64,000 nt of DNA, from assembly GCF_009914755.1 (NCBI RefSeq), contig NC_060942.1; one strand, 5' to 3'. Both the position numbers and the translations under genes were made by a program. Source of the stretch: the human T2T-CHM13v2.0 reference genome, Homo sapiens. Of the stretch, positions 50,201 to 62,900 are shown one piece after another; the first letter of the stretch is position 1, and every line of letters starts with the position of its first letter. The notes under the pieces were generated by a model. The model saw only the letters and a list, made by a program, of their open reading frames with translations, did not search any database and was not told the DNA's origin.

Positions 50201-53200
50201 ATGTGTGTCCTCAACTAACAGAGTTGAACCTTTCTTTTGATACAGCAGTTTGGAAACACTCTTTTTGTAGAATCTGCAAGTGGATATTTGGATAACTTTG
50301 AACATTTCGTTGGAAGCGGGAATATCTTCATGTAAGATCGAGACAGAAGCATTCTCACAAACTGCTTTGTGATGTCTGCATTCACGTCACAGAGTTGAAC
50401 ATTCGCTTTCATAGAGCAGGTTTGAAACACTCTTTCTGTAGTATCTGGATGTGGACACTTGGAGCGCTTTGACGCTTACGGTGCAAAAGGAAATATCTTC
50501 CCATAAAAACTAGACAGAAGCATTCTCACAAACTGGTTTGTGATGTATGTCCTCAGCTAACAGAGTTGAACCTTTCTATTTACAGAGCAGTTTTGAGAGA
50601 CTCAATTGGAGAATCTTCATGTGGATATTTGGAAAGCTTTAAGGATTTCATTGGAAATCGGAATATCTTCAGGTAACATCTAGACAAGGGCATTGTCAGA
50701 AACTTCTTTGTGATGTGTGTCCTCAAGTAACAGAGTACAACCTGTCTTTTGATACAGTAGTTTGGAAACACTCTTTCTGTAAAATCTGCAAGTGGATATT
50801 TGGATAGCTCAAGCTATTTCTTTGGAAACGGGAATATCTTCATATAAACTCTAGACAGAAGCACTCTCAGTAACTAATTTGTGATATCTGTATTCAAGTC
50901 ACAGAGTTGAATATTCCCTTTCTTAGATCAGGTTTGAAACCGTCTTTTCGTGGAATCTGCAGGAGGATATTTGGATAGCTTTGAGGATTTCGTTGGAAAC
51001 CGGATTACATATACAAAGTAGACAGCAGCATTCTCAGAAGCTGCTTTGTGATGTTTGCTTTTAAGTCACAGAGTTGAACATTCCCTTTCATAGAGCAGGT
51101 TTCAAACACTCTTTCTGTAGTATCTGGAAGAGGACATTTCGAGCGCTTACAGGCATATGGTGAACAAGGAAATATCTTCCCGTACAAACTTGACAGAAGC
51201 ATTCTCACAAACTGGTTTGGGATGTATGTCCTCAGCTAACAGAGTACAACCTGTCTTTTGATACAGCAGTATTGAAACACTCTTTCTGTAGAATCTGCAA
51301 GTGGATATTTGGATAGCTCTAACGATTTCATTGGAAACGGGAATACTGTAGTATAAAATCTAGACAGAGGCACTCTCAGAAACTGCTTTGTGATATGTGC
51401 ATTCAAGTCACAGAGTTGAACATTCCCTGTATTAGAGCAGGTTTGAAACACTCTTTTTGTAGTATCTGGAAGTGGACATTTGGAGCGCTTTGACGCCTTT
51501 GGTGAGAAAGGAAATATCTTCCCTAAACAAGTAGACAGAAGCATTCTCAGAAACTTCTTTGTGATGTGTGTCCTCAACTAACAGAGTTCAACCTCTCTTA
51601 TGATACAGAAATTTGGAAACACTCTTTTTGAAGAATATGCAAGGGGATATTTGGATAGCTCGAAGTATTTCGTTGGAAACGGGAATATCTTCATATAAAA
51701 TCTAGACAGAAGCAGTCTCAGAAACTACTTTGTGATATCTGCATTCAAGCCACAGTGTCGAACATTCCCTTTCTTAGAGCCGATTTGAAACCGACTTTTC
51801 TTGGAATCTGCAGGTGGATATTTGGATAGCTTTCAGGATTTCTTTGGAAACGGGATTACATATACAAATTAGACAGTAGCATTCTCAGAAGCTTCTCTGT
51901 GATGTTTGCTTTTAAGTCACAGAGTTGAGCATTCCCTTTCATAGAGCAGGTTTGAAACACTCTTTCTGTGGTATCTGGAAGGGGACATTTCGAGGGCTTT
52001 CTGGCCTATGGTGAAAAAGGAAATATCTTCCCATAAAAACTAGACAGAAGCATTCTCAGAAACTTATTTGTGATGTGTGTCCTCAACTAACAGATTTGAA
52101 CCTCTCTTTTGATACAGCAGTTTGGAAACACTCTTTTTGTAGAATCTGCAAGTGGATATTCGGATAACTTTGAAGATTTCGTTGGAAACGGGAATATCTT
52201 CATGTAAAATCGAGACAGAAGCATTCTCAGAAACTGCTTTGTGATGTCTGCATTCACGTCACAGAGTTGAACATTCGCTTTCATAGAGCAGGTTTGAAAC
52301 ACTCTTACTGTAGTATCTGGATGTGGACACTTGGAGCGCTTTGACTCTTACGGTGCAAAAGGAAATATCTTCCCATAAAAACTAGACAGAAGCATTCTCA
52401 CAAACTGGTTTGTGATGTATGTCCTCAGCTAAGAGAGTTGAATTTTTCTATTTACAGACCAGTTTTGAAAGACTCAATTGGAGAATCTGCAAGTGGATAT
52501 TTGGAAGGCTTTAAGGATTTCTTTGGAAACCGGAATATCTTCAGGTAAAATCTAGACAAGGGCATTCTCAGAAACTTCTTTGTGATGTGTGTCCTCAAGT
52601 AACATAGTACAACCTGTCTTTTGATACAGCAGTTTGGAAACTCTCTTTCTGTAGAATATGCAAGTGTATATTTGGATAACTCAAGCTATTTCATTGGAAA
52701 CGGGAATAGCTTCATATAAACTCTAGAGAGAAGCACTCTCAGAAACTACTTTGTGATATCTGTATTCAAGTCACAGAGTTGAATATTCCCTTTCTTAGAG
52801 CAGGTTTGAAACCATCTTTTCGTGGAATCTGCAGGACGATAATTGGATAGCTTTGAGGATTTCGTTGGAAACAGGATTACATATACAAAGTGGACAGCGG
52901 CATTCTCAGAACCTATTTTGTGATGTTTGCTTTTAAGTCTCAGAGTTGAACATTCCCTTTCATAGAGCAGGTTTCAAACATTCTTTCTGTAGTATCTGGA
53001 AGAGAACATTTGAGCGCTTTCAGGACTATGGTGAACAAGGAAATATCTTCCCATAAAAACTTGACAGAAGCATTCTCACAAACTGGTTTGGGATGTATGT
53101 CCTCAGCTAACAGGGTGCAGCCTGTCTTTTGATACAGCAGTATTGAAACACTCTTTCTGTAGAATCTGCAAGTGGATATTTGCTTACCTCTAACGATTTC

Positions 53201-53921
53201 GTTGGAAACGGGAATACTTTAGTATAAAATCTAGACAGAGGCACTCTGAGAAACTGCTTTGTGATATGTGCATTCAAGTCACAGAGTTGAACCTTCCCTT
53301 TATTACAGCAGGTTTGAAACACTCTTTTTGTAGTATCTGGAAGTGGACATTTGGAGCGCTTTGACGCCTTTGGTGAAAAAGGAAATATCTTCCCTAAACA
53401 ACTAGAAAGAAGCATTGTCAGAAACTTCTTTGTGATGTGTGTCCTCAACTAACAGAGTTCAACCTCTCTTATGATACAGAAGTTTGGAAATACTCTTTCT
53501 GGAGAATATGCAAGGGGATATTTGGATAGCTCGAAGTATTTCGTTGGAAACGGGAATATCTTCATATAAAATCTAGACAGAAGCACTCTCAGAAACTACT
53601 TTGTGATATCTGCATTCAAGTCACAGAGTCGAACATTCCCTTTCTTAGAGCCGGTTTGAAACCGCCTTTTCTTGGAATCTGCAGGTGGATATTTGGATAG
53701 CTTTCAGGATTTCTTTGGAAACGGGATTACATATACAACTTAGACAGTAGCATTCTCAGAAGCTTCTCTGTGACGTTTGCTTTTAAGTCACAGCGTTGAG
53801 CATTCCCTTTCATAGAGCAGGTTTGAAACACTCTTTCTGTCGTATCTGGAAGTGGACATTTCGAGGGCTTTCAGGCCTATGGTGAAAAAGGAAATATCTT
53901 CCCATAAAAACTAGACAGAAG
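46437..53921 (+). repeat. Four tandem 11-mer HOR copies (1870-1872 bp), visibly diverged from one another
   Basis: m1 starts at 46437, 48307, 50179, 52051 and 53922; many copy-private substitutions. Confidence 0.92.
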
Positions 53922-56900
53922 CATTCTCAGAAACTTATTTGTGATGTGTGTCCTCAACTAACAGAGTTGAACCTTTCTTTTGATACAGCAGTTTGGAAAC
54001 ACTCTTTTTGTAGAATCTGCAAGTGGATATTCGGATAACTTTGAAGATTTCGTTGGAAACGGGAATATCTTCATGTAAAATCGAGACAGAAGCATTCTCA
54101 GAAACTGCTTTGTGATGTGAGTCCTCAAGTAACACAGTACAACCTGTCTTTTGATACAGCAGTTTGGAAACACTCTGTCTGTAGAATCTGCAAGTGGATA
54201 TTTGGATAGCTCAAGCTATTTCGTTGGAAACGGGAATAGCTTCATATAAACTCTAGAGAAAAGCACCATCAGAAAATACATTTTGATATCTGTATTCAAG
54301 TCACGGAGTTGAATATTCCCTTTCTTAGAGCAGGTTTGAAACCATCTTTTCGTGGAATCTGCAGGAGGCTATTTGGATAGCTTTGAGGATTTCGTTGGAA
54401 ACGGGATTACATATACAAAGTAGACAGCAGCTTTCTCAGAAGCTGCTTTGTGATGTTTGCTTTTAAGTCACAGAGTTGAACATTCCCTTTCATAGAGCAG
54501 GTTTCAAACACTCTTTCTCTAGTATATGGAAGAGGACATTTCGAGCGCTTTCAGGCCTATGGTGAACAAGGAAATATCTTCCCATACAAACTTGACAGAA
54601 GCATTCTCACAAACTAGTTTGGGATGTATGTCCTCAGCTAACAGAGTACAGCCTGTCTTTTGATAGAGCAGTATTGAAACACTCTTTCCTTAGAATCTGC
54701 AATTGGATATTTGGATAGCTCTAACGATTTCGTTGGAAACGGGAATACTTTAGTATAAAATCTAGACAGAGGCACTCTCAGAAACTGCTTTGTGATATGT
54801 GCACTCAAGTCACATAGTTGAACATTCCCTTTATTAGAGCAGGTTTGAAACACTCTTTTTGTAGTATCTGGAAGTGGACACTTGGAGCGCTTTGACGCCT
54901 TTGGTGAAAAAGGAAATATCTTCCGTAAAAAACTAGACAGAAGCATTCTCAGAAACTTCTTTGTGATGTGTTTCGTAAACTAACAGAGTTCAACCTCTGT
55001 TATGATACAGAAGTTTGGAAACACTCTTTTGGAGAATATGCAAGGGGATATTTGGATAGCTCGAAGTATTTCGTTGGAAACGGGAATATCTTCATATAAA
55101 ATCTAGACAGAAGCACTCTCAGAAACTACTTTGTGATATGTGCATTCAAGTCACAGAGTCGAACATTCCCTTTCTTAGAGCAGGTTTGAAACCGTCTTTT
55201 TGTAGTATCTGGAAGTGGACATTTGGAGCAAATTGACGCCTTTGGTGAAAAAGGAAATATGTTCAGTAAAAAACTAGACAGAAGCATTCTCAGAAACTTC
55301 TTTGTGATGTGTGTCCTCAACTAATAGAGTTCAAACTCTCTTATGATACAGAAGTTTGGAAACAGTCTTTTTGGAGAATATGCCAGGGGATATTTGGATA
55401 GCTCGAAGTATTTCGTTGGAAACGGGAATATCTTCATGTTAAATCGAGACAGAAGCATTCTCAGAAACTGCTTTGTGATGTCTGCATTCACGTCACAGAG
55501 TTGAACATTCGCTTTCATAGAGCAGGTTTGAAACACTCTTTCTGTAGTATCTGGATGTGGACACTTGGAGCGCTTTGACGCTTACGGTGCAAAAGGAAAT
55601 ATCTTCCCATAAAAACTAGACAGAAGCATTCTCACAAACTGGTTTGTGATGTATGTCCTCAGCTAACAGAGTTGAACCTTTCTATTTACAGAGCAGTTTT
55701 GAAAGACTCAATTAGAGAATCTGCAAGTGGATATTTGGAAAGCTTTAAGGATTTCATTGGAAATCGGAATATCTTCAGGTAAAATCTAGACAAGGGCGTT
55801 CTCAGAAACTGTTTCTGATGTCTGTCCTCAAGTAACAGAGTACAACCTGTCTTTTTATACAGCAGTTTGGAAACACACTTTCTGTAGAATCGGCAAGTGG
55901 ATATTTGGATAGCTCAAGCTATTTCGTTGGAAACGGGAATAGCTTCATATAAACTCTAGACAGAAGCACTCTCAGAAACTACTTTGTGATATCTGTATTC
56001 AAGACACAGTTTTGAATATTCCCTTTCTTAGAGCAAGTTTGAAACCGTATTTTCGTGGAATCTGCAGGAGGATATTTGGATAGCTTGGAGGATTTCGCTG
56101 GAAACGGGAATACATATACAAAGTAGACAGCAGCATTCTCAGAAACTGCTTTGTGATGTTTGCTTTTAAGTCACAGAGTTGAACATTCACTTTCATGGAG
56201 CAGGTTTCAAACACTCTTTCTGTAGTATCTGGAAGAGGACATTTCGAGCGCTTTCAGGCCTATGGTGAACAAGGAAATATCTTCCCTTACAAACTTGACA
56301 GAAGCATTCTCACAAACTGGTTTGGGATGTATGTCCTCAGCTAACAGAGTACAGCCTGTCTTTTGATACAGCAGTATTGAAACACTCTTTCTGTAGAACC
56401 TGCAAGTGGATATTTGGATAGCTCTAACGATTTCGTTGGAAACGGGAATACTTTAGTATAAAATCTAGACAGAGGCACTCTCAGAAACTGCTTTGTGATA
56501 TGTGCACTCAAGTCACATAGTTGAACATTCCCTTTATTAGAGCAGGTTTGAAACACTCTTTTTGTAGTATCTGGAAGTGGACATTTGGAGCGCTTTGACG
56601 CCTTTGGTGAAAAAGGAAATATCTTCCGTAAAAAACTAGACAGAAGCATTCTCAGAAACTTCTTTGTGATGTGTTTCGTAAACTAACAGAGTTCAACCTC
56701 TCTTATGATACAGAAGTTTGGAAACACTCTTTTGGAGAATATGCAAGGGGATATTTGGATAGCTCGAAGTATTTCGTTGGAAACGGGAATATCTTCATAT
56801 AAAATCTAGACAGAAGCACTCTCAGAAACTACTTTGTGATATCTGCATTCAAGTCACAGAGTCGAACATTCCCTTTCTTAGAGCAGGTTTGAAACCGTCT

Positions 56901-59900
56901 TTTCGTGGAATCTGCAGGAGGATATTTGGATAGCTTTCAGGAATTCGTTGGAAACGGGATTACATATACAAAGTAGACAGTAGCATTCTCAGAAGCTTCT
57001 CTGTGATGTTTGCTTTTAAGTCACAGAGTTGAGCATTCCCTTTCATAGAGCAGGTTTGAAACACTCTTTCTGTAGTATCTGGAAGTGGACATTTCGAGGG
57101 CTTTCAGGCGTATGGTGAAAAAGGAAATATCTTCCCATAAAAACTAGACAGAAGTATTCTCAGAAACTTATTGTGATGTGTGTCCTCAACTAACAGAGTT
57201 GAACCTTTCTTTTGATACAGCAGTTTGAAAACACTCTTTTTGTAGAATCTGCAAGTGGATATTTGGATAACTTTGAAGATTTCGTTGGAAACGGGAAAAT
57301 CTTCATGTAAAATCGAGACAGAAGTACTCTCAGAAACTGCTTTGTGATGTCTGCATTCACGTCACAGAGTTGAACATTCGCTTTCATAGAGCAGGTTTGA
57401 AACACTCTTTCTGTAGTATCTGGATGTGGACACTTGGAGCGCTTTGACGCTTACGGTGCAAAAGGAAATATCTTCCCATAAAAACTAGACAGAAGCATTC
57501 TCACAAACTGGTTTGTGATGTATGTCCTCAGCTAACAGAGTTGAACCTTTCTGTTTACAGACCAGTTTTGAAAGACTCAATTGGAGAACCTGAAAGTGGA
57601 TATTTGGAAAGCTTTAAGGATTTCATTGGAAACCGGAATATCTTCAGGTAAAACCTAGACAAGGGCATTCTCAGAAACTCATTTGTGATGTGTGTCCTCA
57701 AGTAACAGAGTACCACCTGTGTTTTGATACAGCAGTTTGGAAACACTCTTTCTGTAGAATCTGCAAGTCGATATTCGGATAGCTCAAGCTATTTCGTTGG
57801 AAACGGGAATAGCTTCATATAAACTCTAGACAGAAGCACTGTCAGAAACTACTTTGTGATATCTGTATTCAAGTCACAGAGTTGAATATTCCCTTTCTTA
57901 GAGCAGGTTTGAAACCGTCTTTTCGTGGAATCTGCAGGAGGATATTTGGATAGCTTTGAGGATTTCGTTGGAAACGGGATTACATATACAAAGTAGACAG
58001 CAGCATTCTCAGAAGCTGCTTTGTGATGTTTGCTTTTAAGTCACAGAGTTGAACATTCACTTTCATAGAGCAGGTTTCAAACACTCTTTCTGTAGTATCT
58101 GGAAGAGGACATTTCGAGCGCTTTCAGGCCTATGGTGAACAAGGAAATATCTTCCCATAGAAACTTGACAGAAGCATTCTCACGAACTGGTTTGGGATGT
58201 ATGTCCTCAGCTAACAGAGTACACCCTGTCTTTTGATACAGCAGTATTGAAACACTCTTTCTGTAGAATCTGCAAGTGGATATTTGGATAGCTCTAACGA
58301 TTTCTTTGGAAACGGGAATACTTTAGTATAAATCTAGAGAGAGGCACTCTCAGAAACTGCTTTGTGATGTGCGCATTCAAGTCACAGATTTGAACATTCC
58401 CTTTATTAGAGCAGGTTTGAAACACTCTTTTTGTAGTATCTTGAAGTGGACATTTGGAGCGCTTTGACGCCTTTGGTGAAAAAGGAAATATCTTCCCTAA
58501 AAAACAAGACAGAAGCATTCTCAGAAACTTCTTTGTGATGTGTGTCCTCAACTAACGGAATTCAACCTCTCTTATGATACAGATGTTTGGAAACACTCTT
58601 GTTGGAGAATATGCCTGGGGATATTTGGATAGCTCGAACTATTTCATTGGAAACGGGAATATCTTCATATAAAACCTAGACAGAAGCACTCTGAGAAACT
58701 ACTTTGTGATATCTGCATTCAAGTCACAGAGTTGAATATTCCCTTTCTTAGAGCAGGTTTGAAACCGTCTTTTCGTGGAATCTGTAGGAGGATATTTGGA
58801 TAGCTTTGAGGATTTCGTTGGAAACGGGATTACATATACAAAGTAGACAGCAGCATTCTCAGAAGCTGCTTTGTGATGTTTGCTTTTTATTCACAGAGTT
58901 GAACATTCCCTTTCATAGAGCAGGTTTCAAACACTCTTTCTGTAGTATCTGGAAGAGGACATTTCGAGCGCTTTCAGGCCTATGGTGAACAAGGAAATAT
59001 CTTCCCATACAAACTGGTCAGAAGCATTCTCACAAACCGGTTTGGGATGTATGTCCTCAGCTAAAAGAGTACAGCCTGTCTTTTGATACAGCAGTATTGA
59101 AACACTCTTTCTGTAGAATCTGCATGTGGATATTTGGATAGCTCTAACGATTTCGTTGGAAACGGGAATACTTTAGTATAAAATCTAGACAGAGGCACTC
59201 TCAGAAACTGCTTTGTGATATGTGCACTCAATTCACAGAGGTGAACATTCCCTTTATTAGAGCAGGTTTGAAACACTCTTTTCGTAGTATCTGGAAGTAG
59301 ACATTTGGAGTGCTTTGACGCCTTTGGTGAAAAAGGAAATATGTTCAGTAAAAAAGTAGACAGAAGCACTCTCAGAAACTTCTTTGTGATGTGTGTCCTC
59401 AACTAATAGAGTTCAACCTCTCTTATGATACAGAAGTTTGGAAACACTCTTTTTGGAGAATATGCCAGGGGATATTTGGATAGCTCGAAGTATTTCTTTG
59501 GAAACGGGAATATCTTCATGTTAAATCGAGACAGAAGCATTCTCAGAAACTGCTTTGTGATGTCTGCATTCACGTCACAGAGTTGAACATTCGCTTTCAT
59601 AGAGCAGGTTTGAAACACTCTTTCTGTAGTATCTGGATGTGGACACTTGGAGTGCTTTGACGCTTACGGTGCAAAAGGAAATATCTTCCCATAAAAACTA
59701 GACAGAAGCATTCTCACAAACTGGTTTGTGATGTATGTCCTCAGCTAACAGAGTTGAACCTTTCTATTTACAGAGCAGTTTTGAAAGACTCAATTGGAGA
59801 ATCCGCAAGTGGATATTTGGAAAGCTTTAAGGATTTCATTAGAAATCGGAATATCTTCAGGTAAAATCTAGACAAGGGCATTCTCAGAAACTTTTTCTCA

Positions 59901-62900
59901 TGTGTGTCCTCAAGTAACAGAGTACAACCGGTCTTTTGATACAGCAGTTTGGAAACATTCTTTCTGTAGAATCTGCAAGTGGATATTTGGATAGCTCAAG
60001 CTATTTCGTTGGAAACGGGAATAGCTTCATATAAACTCTAGACAGAAGCACTCTCAGAAACTACTTTGTGATATCTGTATTCAAGACACAGTGTTGAATA
60101 TTCCCTTTCTTAGAGCAAGTTTGAAACCGTATTTTCGTGGAATCTGCAGGAGGATATTTGGATAGCTTCGAGGATTTCGCTGGAAACGGGATTACATATA
60201 CAAAGTAGACACCAGCATTCTCAGAAGCTGCTTTGTGATGTTTGCTTTTAAGTCACAGAGTTGAACATTCCCTTTTATAGAACAGGTGTCAAACACTCTT
60301 TCTGTAGTATCTGGAAGAGGACATTTCGAGCACCTTCAGGCCTATGGTGAACAAGGAAATATCTCCCCATACAAACTTGACAGAAGCATTCTCACAAACT
60401 GGTTTGGGATGTATGTCCTCAGCTAACAGAGTACAGCCTGTCTTTTGATAGAGCAGTATTGAAACACTCTTTCTGTAGAATCTGCAAGTGTATATTTGGA
60501 TAGCCCTAACAATTTCGTTGGAAGCGGGAATACTTTAGTATAAAATCTAGACAGAGGCACTCTCAGAAACTGCTTTGTGATCTGTGCATTGAAGTCACAG
60601 AGTTGAACATTCCCTTTATTAGAGCAGGTTTGAAACACTCTTTTTGTAGTATCTGGAAGTGGACATTTCGAGCGCTTTGACGCCTTTGGTGAAAAAGGAA
60701 ATAACTTCCCTAAAAAACCAGACAGAAGCATTCTCAGAAACTTCTTTGTGACGTGTGTCCTCAACTAACAGAGTTCAACCTCTCTTATGATACAGACGTT
60801 TGGAAACACTCTTTTTGGAGAATATGCCAGAGGATATTTGGATAGCTGGAAGTATTTCGTTGGAGACGGTAATATCTTCATATAAAATCTAGACAGAAGC
60901 ACTCTCAGACACTAATTTGTGATATCTGCATTCAAGTCACAGAGTCGAAAATTCCCTTTCTTAGAGCAGGTTTGAAACCGTCTTTTCGTTGAATCTGCAG
61001 GCGGATATTTGGATAGCTTTCAGGATTTCGTTGGAATGGGGATTACATATACAAAGTGGACAGTAACATTCTCAGAAGCTTCTGTGTGATGTTTGCTTTT
61101 AAGTCACAGAGTTGAGCATTCCCTTTCATAGAGCAGGTTTGAAACACTCTTTCTGTAGTATCTGGAAGTGGACATTTCGAGGCCTTTCAGGCCTATGGTG
61201 AAAAAGGAAATATCTTCCCATAAAAACTAGACAGAAGCATTCTCCGAAAGTTATTTGTGATGTGTGTCCTCAACTAACAGAGTTGAACCTTACTTTTGAT
61301 ACAGCAGTTTGGAAACACTCTTTTTGTAGAATCTGCAAGGGGATATTTGGATAACTTTGAAGATTTCGTTGGAAACGGGAATATCTTCATGTTAAATCGA
61401 GACAGAAGCATTCTCAGAAACTGCTTTGTGATGTCTGCATTCACGTCACAGAGTTGAACATTCGCTTTCATAGAGCAGGTTTGAAACACTCTTTCTGTAG
61501 TATCTGGATGTGGACACTTGGAGCGCTTTGACGCTTATGGTCCAAAAGGAAATATCTTCCCATAAAAACTAGACAGAAGCATTCTCACAAACTGGTTTGT
61601 GATGTATGTCCTCAGCTAACAGAGTTGAAACTTTCTATTTACAGAGTAGTTTTGACTGACTCAATTGGAGAATCTGCAAGTGGATATTTGGAAAGCTTTA
61701 AGGATTTCATTGGAAACCGGAATATCTTCAGGTAAAATCTCGACAAGGGCATTCTCAGAAACTTCTTTGTGACGTGTGTCCTCAAGCAACAGAGTACAAC
61801 CTGTCTTTTGATACAGCAGTTTGGAAACACTCTTTCTGTAGAATCTGCAAGTGGATAGTTGGATAGCTCAAGCTATTTCGTTCGAAACGGAAATAGCTTC
61901 ATATAAACCCTAGACAGAAGCACTCTCAGAATCTACTTTGTGATATCTGTATTCAAGTCACAGAGTTGAATATTAAGTTTCTTAGAGCAGGATTGAATCC
62001 GTTTTTTCGTGGAATCTGCAGGAGGATATTTGGATAGCTTCGAGGATTTCGCTGGAAACGGGATTACATATAAAAAGTAGACAGCAGCATTCTCAGAAGC
62101 TGCTTTGTGATGTTTGCTTTTAAGTCACAGAGTTGAACATTACCTTTTATAGAGCAGGTTTCCAACACTCTTTCTGTAGTATCTGGAAGAGGACATTTCG
62201 AGCGCTTTCAGGGCTATGGTGAACAAGGAAATATCTTCCCATACAAACTTGACAAAAGCATTCTCACAAACTCGTTTGATATCTATGTCCTCAGCTAACA
62301 GAGTACAGCCTGTCTTTTGATACAGCAGTATTGAAACACTCTTTCTGTAGAATCTGCAAGTGGATATTTGGATAGCTCTAACGATTTCTTTGGAAACGGA
62401 ATACTTTAGTATAAAATCTAGACAGAGGCACTCTCAGAAACTGCTTTGTGATATGTGCATTCAAGTCACAGAGTTGAACATTCCCTTTATTAGAGCAGGT
62501 TTGAAACACTCTTTTTGTAGTATCTGGAAGTGGACATTTGGAGCGCTTTGACGCCTTTGGTGAAAAAGGAAATATCTTCCCTAAAAAACTAGACAGAAGC
62601 ATTCTCAGAAACTTCTTTGTGATGTGTGTCCTCAACTAACAGAGTCAAACCTCTCTTATGATAGAGAAGTTTGGAAACACTCTTTTTGGAAAATATGCCA
62701 GGGGATATTTGGATAGCTCGAAGTATTTCGTTGGAAACGGGAATATCTTCATGTTAAATCGAGACAGAAGCATTCTCAGAAACTGCTTTGTGATGTCTGC
62801 ATTCACGTCACAGATTTGAATATTCGCTTTCATAGAGCAGGTTTGAAACACTCTTTCTGTAGTATCTGGATGTGGACACTTGGAGCGCTTTGACGCTTAC

